This document shows, piece by piece, positions 49,288 to 58,587 of a DNA stretch of 64,000 nucleotides. Source of the DNA: an uncultured Pseudomonadales bacterium. GTDB taxonomy: Bacteria > Patescibacteriota > Microgenomatia > UBA1400 > PJMF01. Each line of letters starts with the position of its first letter. Within the stretch, counting starts at the first letter, position 1. The notes below the pieces were generated by a model. It saw nothing but the letters and a program-made list of their open reading frames with translations. It had not been told where the DNA came from and did not search any database. The position numbers and the translations under genes are program-made. The stretch spans positions 116,037 to 180,036 of the forward strand of contig CAYWDM010000002.1 in assembly GCA_964457085.1 (NCBI GenBank). Direction: 5' to 3'.

Positions 49288-50346
49288 ATGTCCGATTTTC
49301 GTCAAGTTCTCCAACAAGAAATTGATGAGCTGAAGCAAAAAGCTGCAGCTGCTGTTTTGCCGGAACCAATGCGGGTGAAGGTGAACAAGGAAATAGTTGC
49401 GCTGGAGCGAAGTGTGGAGCTGGGAAGTTATGACGAAAAGTACGAAAAAGTCTCAAGATATGTTGATTGGGTACTGAAAATTCCTTGGCAGAATGAAAGT
49501 AAAGACACTTTAGACATTACCCAAACTCGTCAGATTTTTGACGAACATCATTATGGTTTAGAGGAGGTGAAGGATCGTTTTTTGGAGTATGTGTCAGTGC
49601 TGAAACTTCGTGCCAAACAAGATCCAGAAGCTTCATTTCGAGCTCCAATTTTACTATTGGTTGGTTTGGTGGGTACCGGTAAAACAACTTTTGCTTATTC
49701 ACTAGCTGAGGCATTAGGACGTCAAATTGTTCGTATTCCATTTGGTGGTATGGGTTCTGCTCGTGAACTGCGTGGTAACTCAAGACTGCTACTCGGATCA
49801 GAGCCAGGTCGAGTGATTAAAGGTGTTTGTGAGGCTGGAGTTAGAAATCCAGTGATCTTGCTTGATGAGATTGACCGCTCTGCAGAAGAAGCAAACATGG
49901 ATATCATGGGTGTTTTGGTCGAGTTGCTCGATCCAGCCCAGAACAACTCATTCGTTGATACCTACATCGATTTTCCAATTGATCTGAGTCATGCGATATT
50001 TATTGCTACCGCCAACAATACAGTTAAGATTGCTACAGCTGTGATGGATCGTATGGAAAAAATCACCATGCCTTCATATTCTGATGAAGAAAAAATCGTG
50101 ATTGCCAAGAAATATGTCTTGCCGGGGTTGTTGAAAGATGCTGGTCTTAAACCAGAGCAGTTTATTATCGAGGAGGATGTTTGGGCAAAAGTGGTTCGGC
50201 CACTCGGATTTGATATGGGTATCCGTACTCTGCAAAGAACGCTCCATGGTGCAGTACGAAAAGCAGTACGAATTATTGTTGAACGTGGATTTACTGAGAT
50301 TGTGATTACAGTTGATAATTCGAAGATTTTCTTACCGCAGTATTAA
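49288..50346 (+). CDS. Lon-like AAA+ ATPase module lacking both the N-terminal LAN domain and the C-terminal Ser-Lys protease domain.
   Basis: YVDWVLKIPWQNESKD, EDHYGLEEVKDRFLEY, Walker A GLVGTGKTT, Walker B ILLDEIDR, LLDPAQNNSF and FIATAN are all Lon signatures. The ORF ends after the AAA lid (352 aa). Confidence 0.75.
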   Translation: MSDFRQVLQQEIDELKQKAAAAVLPEPMRVKVNKEIVALERSVELGSYDEKYEKVSRYVDWVLKIPWQNESKDTLDITQTRQIFDEHHYGLEEVKDRFLEYVSVLKLRAKQDPEASFRAPILLLVGLVGTGKTTFAYSLAEALGRQIVRIPFGGMGSARELRGNSRLLLGSEPGRVIKGVCEAGVRNPVILLDEIDRSAEEANMDIMGVLVELLDPAQNNSFVDTYIDFPIDLSHAIFIATANNTVKIATAVMDRMEKITMPSYSDEEKIVIAKKYVLPGLLKDAGLKPEQFIIEEDVWAKVVRPLGFDMGIRTLQRTLHGAVRKAVRIIVERGFTEIVITVDNSKIFLPQY

Positions 50347-50394
50347 TTCTTTAAGCAGCAATTGTGGCGTCGCTACTTTACAGGCGAAGCATAA

Positions 50395-50919
50395 TTGCTC
50401 ACAATAACACTAACTATGACAGAATTAGAAAAAGTAACAAAAGTATCAGAACTCCATGAAAGACTTGGGTATCTAGGTGCAAAAACAGCAGAGTTTTTTG
50501 CGAAAATGCATAGTCTATGGGCAGAAGGCAGAGGTAGCCAATTACTGCAGACTCAGTTTGTGGATATGGCTGCTGGTCAGCAAGATATGATTGCTGTAGA
50601 TTCAGATGTTTCAGAATCAACTGTTGTAGAACCAGCAACTATTGAGTCATCAGATCTCAGACCAGCTCCAGCAGAAAGTCATGTAGTAGAATCAGCTCCA
50701 AAAATGACTTCCAGAGTACTTTTAGCCACTCTTCGTAGAAAAATTGCAGCTGGACTACCGATACTTGGTGCTGAATCGGTAGTGGCTACTTCCAACAAAA
50801 AAGAATTAGATTTAGATGACGCAGAAGACAAACATCCAATCAGGGATTTTCTAGCGAATTTTAAAACTCAAATTTCTCAAGGTTTATCACCTCTACTGTT
50901 AACTCCAGTACGAGCCTAG
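50395..50919 (+). CDS. Hypothetical protein (174 aa).
   Basis: ORF between Lon-like and UDG. No Lon protease motif. Confidence 0.45.
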   Translation: MLTITLTMTELEKVTKVSELHERLGYLGAKTAEFFAKMHSLWAEGRGSQLLQTQFVDMAAGQQDMIAVDSDVSESTVVEPATIESSDLRPAPAESHVVESAPKMTSRVLLATLRRKIAAGLPILGAESVVATSNKKELDLDDAEDKHPIRDFLANFKTQISQGLSPLLLTPVRA

Positions 50920-50920
50920 G

Positions 50921-51550
50921 ATGAGTCAGACTCAGTTACAACAACTCCAAACTTCACTTGAAGAGGCTGCCGCTGAAGGAAAATTGCCCCTAGCAATGAA
51001 ACTTGAAGATATTGTCATGGGCGAGGGTCCAGCTACGGCTAGTATCATGCTGATCGGCGAAGCACCGGGATATCATGAATCAGTACAGCGTCGCCCATTT
51101 GTAGGTGTTTCTGGCCAGCTACTTCGAAAAACATTGCTGGCGGTTGGGCTAAAACCAGAATTGGTATATATCAGTAATATTGTTAAGGTTCGACCACCAG
51201 ATAATCGAGACCCATCAGATATTGAAATTGAGGCCTTTAAGCCTTTTCTAGATCGAGAAATTGAGATTCTGGCACCTAAGTTAATAATTACGCTTGGTCG
51301 ATTTAGTATGGCTAAGTTTTTGCCAGATGTCCGAATCTCAGCAGTACATGGTAAATTGCATAAGATTGAGTGGAATGGTGAAAAACTATTTGTTTTGCCA
51401 ATGTATCATCCTGCAGCTGCACTGCGTTCGGGAGCGATGAAAGCAGCTTTTTTGGCTGACTTTGAAAAAATACCAAAAATAGTAGTTTGGATAGATGAAC
51501 AGTCACAGTTGGCTAATGACGTTGCTTCTGTAAAGGCAGCACTTTTCTAG
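50921..51550 (+). CDS. Uracil-DNA glycosylase, family 4.
   Basis: LIGEAPGYHE...RPFVGVSGQLL motif. Confidence 0.85.
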   Translation: MSQTQLQQLQTSLEEAAAEGKLPLAMKLEDIVMGEGPATASIMLIGEAPGYHESVQRRPFVGVSGQLLRKTLLAVGLKPELVYISNIVKVRPPDNRDPSDIEIEAFKPFLDREIEILAPKLIITLGRFSMAKFLPDVRISAVHGKLHKIEWNGEKLFVLPMYHPAAALRSGAMKAAFLADFEKIPKIVVWIDEQSQLANDVASVKAALF

Positions 51551-51568
51551 ACATGTTAAGATAATTGT

Positions 51569-52327
51569 ATGGTGATGTTCCTCGTGTTAATTCCGATGTT
51601 GGTGGTGATTAGTTCAATTCTCATCTATCAATTCAATGGTCGAAAAGAATTTGTTAAGTTTGATTTAGTGCAGTTTTTATATGCTTTCTTTTTTGTGCCA
51701 GTGATGTTTATTTGGTTAAAAAGTTTATTGTTTTATCTACTTCGCAGAGAATTAGATCTGCATCTCTCAGTAACTGACATTTTTGCAGCAGACACCGCTT
51801 TTTCGGTAATGTTCTTATTTTTATATGCATTTATTGTGATTCACTCACTGACGAAAAGCTTTGAATTAAAGCGAGAACATGATCCACTGTATGACTTGAT
51901 GAAAGATTCGGAATATTTTCATCTTTGGATTTCGCACATCGTGTTTAATTTTGGCATGACTTTGATTGTGAGTGTGCTGTCCGTCACAAATTTATTTATA
52001 CCTATCACTACTACAATTAATCACCCATTTTTTTACATGCTACTTAGTTTTGGTTTGATTTTTGGAATTGCATTATTCGTTTTTACCTGGCTGTCTAATT
52101 TTTCAGCCAACTTCGTGCGAGTAATGAAGATTTTTTATGGTGTGATCTTTACCATACACGTAGGTTTATATATTACAATTTACCCAGGATTTGATAATCG
52201 ATATGGTATATTCTGGGTGACGGTTACAGCACTGAGCTCATTCATGTTTTGTTCATTATTTTTTGAACGGTTTGAAAGGCCAATGAACTGGATTCAACGA
52301 TTACATTACAAATTCTTTAAATCCTGA
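51569..52327 (+). CDS. Hypothetical polytopic membrane protein.
   Basis: Six to seven hydrophobic helices. Confidence 0.5.
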   Translation: MVMFLVLIPMLVVISSILIYQFNGRKEFVKFDLVQFLYAFFFVPVMFIWLKSLLFYLLRRELDLHLSVTDIFAADTAFSVMFLFLYAFIVIHSLTKSFELKREHDPLYDLMKDSEYFHLWISHIVFNFGMTLIVSVLSVTNLFIPITTTINHPFFYMLLSFGLIFGIALFVFTWLSNFSANFVRVMKIFYGVIFTIHVGLYITIYPGFDNRYGIFWVTVTALSSFMFCSLFFERFERPMNWIQRLHYKFFKS

Positions 52328-52337
52328 AGGAGAAAAT

Positions 52338-53999
52338 ATGTCAGATTTACGCTTAATTCCACTTGGTGGCATGGGTAACGTTACCCAAAATATGTATGTA
52401 TATGAATATGAGGATGAGATGCTGCTCGTCGATTGTGGTATCGGATTTCCCGATGTCTACATGCCTGGAGTTGATGTTTTAATTCCCGATATTTCATACA
52501 TTCTTAAACAAGTGCAACTTGGCAAGACAATAGTTGGTATGGTGTTGAGTCATGGTCATGATGACCATATCGGTGCATTACCATATCTCTTGCCAGAGAT
52601 GCCTTCATTTCCAATCTATGGTTCGCCATTAACTGCTGGGTTTGCAAAACAACGTATCTCGGACAAGTTAGATTCTAAGGAAATTACTGTTTTAACTGAT
52701 AGAGTTCCAGTAAAAATCGGCAAATTCTTCCGAGTTACCACATTAGCCATGACTCACTCGGTGCCTGACACCAAACACTTGGTGATCGAGACTCCAGTTG
52801 GATTGGTGTATCACGGTTCAGATTTTAAACTCGACACTAACCCGGTTGACGGTGTTTTGCCTGATTATGCTGCTATAGAACAAGTTGGATCAAAGTCAGT
52901 GATGCTGATGTTAATTGATAGCTTACGTTCAGAACGCAGCGAGTGGGGTAAGTCAGAGTCGACCGTTGGTCCAGTGTTAGAGGATTTAATGTCTCAGACC
53001 AAAGGAAAATATGTGGTGACATTAATGAGTTCACATATTCATCGCATCCAGCAAGTTATTCGTGCCGCTGAAAAACTGGGTCGCAAAATCGTCTTGGTTG
53101 GTCGCTCAGTCGAGCAAAATGTTAAGGTTTCAGTTGAACTTGGCAAACTAAAAGTAGATAGAGAAACACTCGTAGATAAGAAATACATTGCTGATTACTC
53201 AGATAACAAACTTTGCATTATCATTGCCGGTAGTCAGGGACAAGAAGGTTCTTCACTAGTGCGAGCTGTATATGGTGAGCATCGTGAGGTGCAGCTCGGC
53301 AGCTCAGACACAGTGGTCTTTTCAGCCGACGTTATTCCTGGAAATGAGGTGCCGTATTACCGTGCTATTGATGAGTTGTCTCGAAATGGAATTCAAGTAA
53401 TTTATCCAGATATTAATAAAGAAGTACATCAATCAGGTCACGCTGCAGCTCCAGAGCAACAAAAGTTGCTAGGTATGGTGAGGCCAAAGTTTGTAATGCC
53501 AATTGGTGGTGCTGATCGACATCGAGCTCGTTTCACTCAAGTAGTGGCAAAGCCAATTGGATACACAGATGATCGCATTTTAATTCCAAAACCAGGTGAG
53601 GTTTTGAGTTTTAACAATGGTGAATTCCATGTGGCTGAAACACTAGTGCTCAATCCAAGTGTGGTTGATGGACTGGGAATTGGAGACGTGGGCCCAGTAG
53701 TTCTGTCCGATCGCTTGTCACTTGCTCAAGCGGGAATGATTGTGATTATTATTCCCAAAAAAGCTGGTCAGTTGGATCTCAAACAAATTGAGGTGGTTTC
53801 TCGAGGTTTTGTGTTCATGAAACAAGCAGATGAAGTGGTGAAGTTTATTAAAACTCAGACCGCAGAAATTGCCATCAAAGAACAAAACTCAAAAGAAGCA
53901 GATCTTAAAAAACTGATTGAGAGAAGACTTGCTCGCAAACTCTATAAAATCATTAAACGTGAGCCATTGATTGACGTGACCATATTGAACGTTGATTAG
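52338..53999 (+). CDS. rnj: Ribonuclease J (metallo-beta-lactamase/beta-CASP).
   Basis: HGHDDHIG motif; beta-CASP and C-terminal domain; 553 aa. Confidence 0.88.
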   Translation: MSDLRLIPLGGMGNVTQNMYVYEYEDEMLLVDCGIGFPDVYMPGVDVLIPDISYILKQVQLGKTIVGMVLSHGHDDHIGALPYLLPEMPSFPIYGSPLTAGFAKQRISDKLDSKEITVLTDRVPVKIGKFFRVTTLAMTHSVPDTKHLVIETPVGLVYHGSDFKLDTNPVDGVLPDYAAIEQVGSKSVMLMLIDSLRSERSEWGKSESTVGPVLEDLMSQTKGKYVVTLMSSHIHRIQQVIRAAEKLGRKIVLVGRSVEQNVKVSVELGKLKVDRETLVDKKYIADYSDNKLCIIIAGSQGQEGSSLVRAVYGEHREVQLGSSDTVVFSADVIPGNEVPYYRAIDELSRNGIQVIYPDINKEVHQSGHAAAPEQQKLLGMVRPKFVMPIGGADRHRARFTQVVAKPIGYTDDRILIPKPGEVLSFNNGEFHVAETLVLNPSVVDGLGIGDVGPVVLSDRLSLAQAGMIVIIIPKKAGQLDLKQIEVVSRGFVFMKQADEVVKFIKTQTAEIAIKEQNSKEADLKKLIERRLARKLYKIIKREPLIDVTILNVD

Positions 54000-54070
54000 A
54001 CAAGTGGTTTGTAAACCAGCTTTTTGCGAGATGTGGTAAAGACACACCTCGACGTGTTACTATAAATGCA

Positions 54071-54310
54071 ATGTTTTATTTTATTGCATTAGTTATTTTG
54101 CAAACGATCTTGTTTATTGAGTTGGGATTACTGTTTTTACGGGTACTGGGACGTCGGAAAACAAAGTATGGCGGGCTCGGCAAATCTTGTGCTTCCCTCC
54201 AATGTTTTTTTGCATGGTTGTCTCGGTTAATTGGCTATTTGTTTATTACTTTGGCAGCATATGTATTGTCGATGGGGATTTTGCAAGCATTGGCTGTGTA
54301 CAATATTTAA
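54071..54310 (+). CDS. Small membrane protein (79 aa).
   Basis: Two hydrophobic helices; weak support. Confidence 0.3.
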   Translation: MFYFIALVILQTILFIELGLLFLRVLGRRKTKYGGLGKSCASLQCFFAWLSRLIGYLFITLAAYVLSMGILQALAVYNI

Positions 54311-54382
54311 TTTTTATTGACAGTAGCACAATATCATTATATCCTATAATAATTAGAATTCAGTGACGCGGGCACGCGTATT

Positions 54383-56566
54383 ATGCCCAGAAGAAAGAAG
54401 TTAAAACCCCTACATCTCGATGTCAAACCTGAGACAATTTCCTCAATTGCCGCAGTTGTTTTAGTGATGGTTGGTCTATTAGTGATGGTTTCGTTCACTG
54501 GGCAAGGTCAGTTGCTGTCTGCCATCAATCAATTCTTGGGTTTTAAATTTGGTTTTTCGACACTTTTTTTGCCATTTATTTTTATTTCTTCAGGCTTAGT
54601 ACTATTTCGCACCAAATGGAAATTCACTAAGCCACACGTCTTGCTCGGAACCATTTTATTGGGTTTAGCCACTATGGGGTTATTCCAAACTGGACAGATT
54701 GGCGAAGAAACGTTTGTTAACTTGGCTGCACTCATCAGTGTGGCTGGCACGTATGTGTTATTTAGTGCCATCGCAATCACTGGTTGGTTGATTTTGACTC
54801 AACTTTCTTTAGCAGAATTACTCGAGCTTTTTGAAAAGATGGGAAATAAAGTTCCCACTAAATTACCCACGACTACAGAAGATTTATTTGTCAGTGCTGG
54901 GGCCACCGAGAAAAAGTCTGGATTTTCCTTGCCAAAATTGAGTCTAGGTTTTGGCTCGCTTAAATCTGGTGACACTAAAGATGAGCCTACTGTTGAAGAG
55001 GAAAAAACAGAAAAAACCGTGGCAGACAAAAAGATAAATCAACTAAAAAAACTACCAGTGGGCACTTCTCTTGATGGTACTGCGATCGAAACTTCGTCAC
55101 ACTCACCAGCTATTTGGGAGTATCCGCCACTATCATTGCTTTCTAATAAAGGTGGTGGTCAAGCAGATCGTGGTGATATCCGCAGCAACGCTCAGATTAT
55201 TGAAAACACCTTAGACTCATTTGGACTTAAAGCAAAGGTAGTAGAGGTGAACAAAGGTCCGGCAATTACGCAATATGCTTTGGAGATTGCTCGCGGTACC
55301 AAACTTTCAAAAATTACTGGATTGTCAAATGACTTAGCACTGGCGTTGGCCGCAACTACTGGTCAGGTTCGTATTGAGGCTCCAATCGCTGGTAAAAATT
55401 TAGTTGGTGTCGAAGTGCCCAACCATTCATCTCAATATGTAACTTTGCGAGAGATGTTGGCGAGTAAAGCTATGAAAGATGCACATTCGAAGTTGGCAGT
55501 CTCATTGGGAATTGGTGTTTCTGGCGAACACGTGATGGCGGATATCGCCAAGATGCCACACCTACTGATTGCAGGTTCAACTGGGTCAGGTAAATCGGTT
55601 TGTGTGAATGCATTTCTGTGTTCAATTTTATTTAGAGCCAGTCCTGATGAGGTTAAACTCATTTTGGTCGATCCAAAACGAGTGGAGTTGACTGGATATA
55701 ACGACATCCCTCACTTATTAACTCCAGTGATCACTGAGCCAGGAAAAGTGGTGTCTGCTCTTAAGTGGGCAGCCAACTTGATGGACAAACGGTACAAACA
55801 ACTCCAAGAAGTTGGAGTTAAAAATATCTCTGATTACAACGAACTTGCTGGATTGGTGGCGATGCCAAACATCGTGATTGTGATTGATGAATTGGCCGAT
55901 ATTATGTTGTTCGCTCCAAGTGAGGTTGAAGAAAACATTACTCGGTTGGCACAAATGGCTCGTGCAGTCGGCATCCATTTGGTGTTGGCAACACAGCGGC
56001 CGTCGGTAGATGTTATCACTGGTTTAATCAAAGCTAACATCCCAACTCGCATTGCATTCAATGTGTCCTCGGTGACTGATTCTCGGGTTATTTTGGATAA
56101 TCCTGGTGCTGAGAAACTACTCGGTCGAGGTGACATGCTGTATTTGCCTCCAGATAGGGCTAAGCCATTGCGTGTTCAGGGTACTTTTGTAACCGATGCT
56201 GAAATCAAGAATCTAATTAGTTTCTTGAAGACTCAGGGATACCGACCTCAATATGAAGATGAGGTGGTTAACAAATACAAGGCAACCATGTCAAAGGGAA
56301 GTGGTGGCGGCAGTAGTATGGGCGGTGAGAATGGTGAAAATCGAGATGAGTTATTTGCAGAAGCAGCTCGTTTATTCTCGAGTTATGACAAGGCCTCGTC
56401 ATCATTGATTCAGCGACGGATGTCTGTGGGTTATGCCCGTGCAGCTCGGATTCTTGATCAACTCTATGAAGCAGGTTTTGTCGGTCCAGCAGATGGCAGC
56501 AAACCTCGTGAAGTTAATGGCACTAAAATCATGGAGTATCTCGCCAATCACATGCCGGAAGAGTAA
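54383..56566 (+). CDS. ftsK: DNA translocase FtsK/SpoIIIE.
   Basis: N-terminal transmembrane helices, Walker A GSTGSGKS, LVLATQRPSVDVI, and a C-terminal gamma winged-helix domain. Confidence 0.92.
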   Translation: MPRRKKLKPLHLDVKPETISSIAAVVLVMVGLLVMVSFTGQGQLLSAINQFLGFKFGFSTLFLPFIFISSGLVLFRTKWKFTKPHVLLGTILLGLATMGLFQTGQIGEETFVNLAALISVAGTYVLFSAIAITGWLILTQLSLAELLELFEKMGNKVPTKLPTTTEDLFVSAGATEKKSGFSLPKLSLGFGSLKSGDTKDEPTVEEEKTEKTVADKKINQLKKLPVGTSLDGTAIETSSHSPAIWEYPPLSLLSNKGGGQADRGDIRSNAQIIENTLDSFGLKAKVVEVNKGPAITQYALEIARGTKLSKITGLSNDLALALAATTGQVRIEAPIAGKNLVGVEVPNHSSQYVTLREMLASKAMKDAHSKLAVSLGIGVSGEHVMADIAKMPHLLIAGSTGSGKSVCVNAFLCSILFRASPDEVKLILVDPKRVELTGYNDIPHLLTPVITEPGKVVSALKWAANLMDKRYKQLQEVGVKNISDYNELAGLVAMPNIVIVIDELADIMLFAPSEVEENITRLAQMARAVGIHLVLATQRPSVDVITGLIKANIPTRIAFNVSSVTDSRVILDNPGAEKLLGRGDMLYLPPDRAKPLRVQGTFVTDAEIKNLISFLKTQGYRPQYEDEVVNKYKATMSKGSGGGSSMGGENGENRDELFAEAARLFSSYDKASSSLIQRRMSVGYARAARILDQLYEAGFVGPADGSKPREVNGTKIMEYLANHMPEE

Positions 56567-56576
56567 GCAGCAGAAG

Positions 56577-57608
56577 CTACTGAGTTGCGGTATTTTCAGG
56601 TAAGAAGGTAATTGTGTCACTGTAGTTAGTACAGCTGTTTTTTTCGATGGTACAGACTCGGAAATAATAGGTATTATTTTTATCAGGCAATGCCCAGTCA
56701 TAGCTTGTCTTACCGCCAGTAATGTTTCGAAAACCGGTGGCAGTTTTTTGGTCAAGTGGCTTTGCACTACTTCGCAGCAGACGATAGGCGACTTTTTTTG
56801 ATGCGGAATCGCTATTTGGGTTGATCCAAATAAACGTAATTTTAGGAGTAGTTTTACCAATAGTTAGCAATAGTGGTTTGGTCGCAGTTTGTGTAGCGGC
56901 TGTTGTCGCGATTGGTGCAGTGGGAGGTGGGAGCATTGTCAGTGAGATTCGACTCTCTTCGGGTGTTGGCAGAGTGACGCTTGTTGTAGCTGTTGTTGTG
57001 AGGTTATCAGCTGGAATGATCACTTCGCTCTCAACGATAGCCGAATTGGTGAAGCTGTATGTTTCTCCCGAGCCAATAAGAATAGGAGTTTCATCCTCTG
57101 TGGTTTCATCAGAGTAAGTGAGCTCTACAGTTTTGTCATACACAGTGACTGACTGATTTGACAGAGTATTGCTGATTTTGAAAGTAGCACTAGTGATAGT
57201 GACTTCGTTGCTGCCAACTTCAATTTTTAATGGGTTTTGTTGTGAGCCCAAATATCTTCCTGATATCGAACCACTCAGCAGTTCCCAGGTTGAGGCACCA
57301 TTCGAGACCCCTTCGTATATTAATTGTGAGTCTGATTGCAAGCCAATTTGACTCACCGTGTTGAGCCAAAGTGAACCACTACTATCCTCACCAATTCGCA
57401 GCTGGGTATTGGGAGCGATGTGCTGGTTATCAATAGCAGGCAGCCAATCTTGATTCCCGATTTGGTATTCCACATTGCCACGAATATGAGTCAATTGACT
57501 ACTATGTGCAACTTGGGCAATTTTACTGAAAAAATGCACCAACCACACACTGAAGAATGTCAGGATAACCAAAGTTACCAGTGTCACAATTACGAGTGAG
57601 CGACGCAT
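56577..57608 (-). CDS. Hypothetical membrane-anchored Thr-rich extracellular protein.
   Basis: N-terminal transmembrane helix, a T/A-rich linker, and a C-terminal domain. Confidence 0.5.
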   Translation of the reverse strand: MRRSLVIVTLVTLVILTFFSVWLVHFFSKIAQVAHSSQLTHIRGNVEYQIGNQDWLPAIDNQHIAPNTQLRIGEDSSGSLWLNTVSQIGLQSDSQLIYEGVSNGASTWELLSGSISGRYLGSQQNPLKIEVGSNEVTITSATFKISNTLSNQSVTVYDKTVELTYSDETTEDETPILIGSGETYSFTNSAIVESEVIIPADNLTTTATTSVTLPTPEESRISLTMLPPPTAPIATTAATQTATKPLLLTIGKTTPKITFIWINPNSDSASKKVAYRLLRSSAKPLDQKTATGFRNITGGKTSYDWALPDKNNTYYFRVCTIEKNSCTNYSDTITFLPENTATQ

Positions 57609-57676
57609 TGAACCATTGTAGCAAGTGAAAGCTGACTATGAGGATGGGCAGAATGTTAGTGCAAAAGTTTACGATT

Positions 57677-58027
57677 CTACGCTTGTTTCAACATGCGTTT
57701 TAGCGTCAGAGCAAGGGTTGCAAGTCGCATCTTTTTTGTTTGTTTAGTTTCTTTGTTATATGAGTAAATTTCGCCAGAAAATTCGAAATAAGACATTCCA
57801 TTAGCAGTTGTTTGTGCGATCCTATCAGCTTCTTCAATCACCCTTTCCAACGTTGCTCCGGAAACGGGCTCTATTGGTTGTTCTGGGGTTAGACCATCTC
57901 CTTCTTTTCGCACGAACCATTGATCAGTTAGACCAAGTTTTATTAGCAACTCTTGTTTAGCTTCGTCAGTCATTTCTGGTGCAGCGGGAGGATTTGTTGC
58001 CCTTGTGGGACTTTCTTCGATTATCAT
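57677..58027 (-). CDS. Hypothetical small protein (116 aa).
   Basis: ORF only. Confidence 0.4.
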   Translation of the reverse strand: MIIEESPTRATNPPAAPEMTDEAKQELLIKLGLTDQWFVRKEGDGLTPEQPIEPVSGATLERVIEEADRIAQTTANGMSYFEFSGEIYSYNKETKQTKKMRLATLALTLKRMLKQA

Positions 58028-58051
58028 ATCTATGACTATATCTCATATATC

Positions 58052-58076
58052 AAAAAAACGCCGCAGAAGCGACGTT
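58052..58076 (-). terminator. Rho-independent terminator following tmRNA (minus strand).
   Basis: ACGUCGC-UUCU-GCGGCGU followed by U7 on the minus-strand transcript. Confidence 0.7.
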
Positions 58077-58084
58077 TTTAAATG

Positions 58085-58516
58085 TGGAGATGAGGGGCAA
58101 TGAACCCCTGTCCGTAAACAAGATCAAGAGTGAGCACTACAGACATAGTCAATCTTTGGTATGAATTAACTGGTGGAAATGACAGACCATGCTAATTCAC
58201 CCATAGCAGATTTGCTTAGCCCACCTCAGGCTATGAACTGTGAGGGCTGACACACGAACTGGGTTTTCACTAGTCAATTTCCGCTCGTGAAAGAACTCTG
58301 ACTAATGTCCCTTACAAGTTGCAATTAAGCAACGGCGTAAGATGGAGCCATCAAACTGGCGACGGTGTCTACGGCTGAGCCGAAGAAACTTGCCACTTTG
58401 CTGGTTAGACTGCGAAATGAATTGGCAGTTATTGTTTTTGACTCTGTTTTACACCCGTGAGTCAAGGGTGGTCTGCACTTGCTAATGAGCTGTCACGTCG
58501 ATGCAATTACATCCCC
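58085..58516 (-). ncRNA. ssrA: Transfer-messenger RNA (tmRNA, SsrA).
   Basis: The 5' GGGGAUG pairs with the 3' CAUCUCC, giving a G3:U wobble as in tRNA-Ala, followed by discriminator A. T-arm AGGGG-UUCAUUG-CCCCU. The 5' AUCGACG resembles the tmRNA D-analog consensus. The in-frame ORF ends ...APSYAVA-UAA at 58325-58327. There is no protein ORF on either strand across roughly 560 bp. Confidence 0.8.
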
Positions 58517-58525
58517 GTGATCTGT

Positions 58526-58554
58526 AGTATAGCTTTTTTAGTATTTTTTCTCAA
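58526..58554 (-). promoter_or_regulatory. Sigma70-like promoter for ssrA (TTGAGA-17-TATACT, about 9 nt to G+1).
   Basis: Hexamers and spacing read on the minus strand immediately upstream of the tmRNA 5' end. Confidence 0.5.
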
Positions 58555-58587
58555 GTAGCTGGTTTTTTTTATTGTTGTTATTATTGC

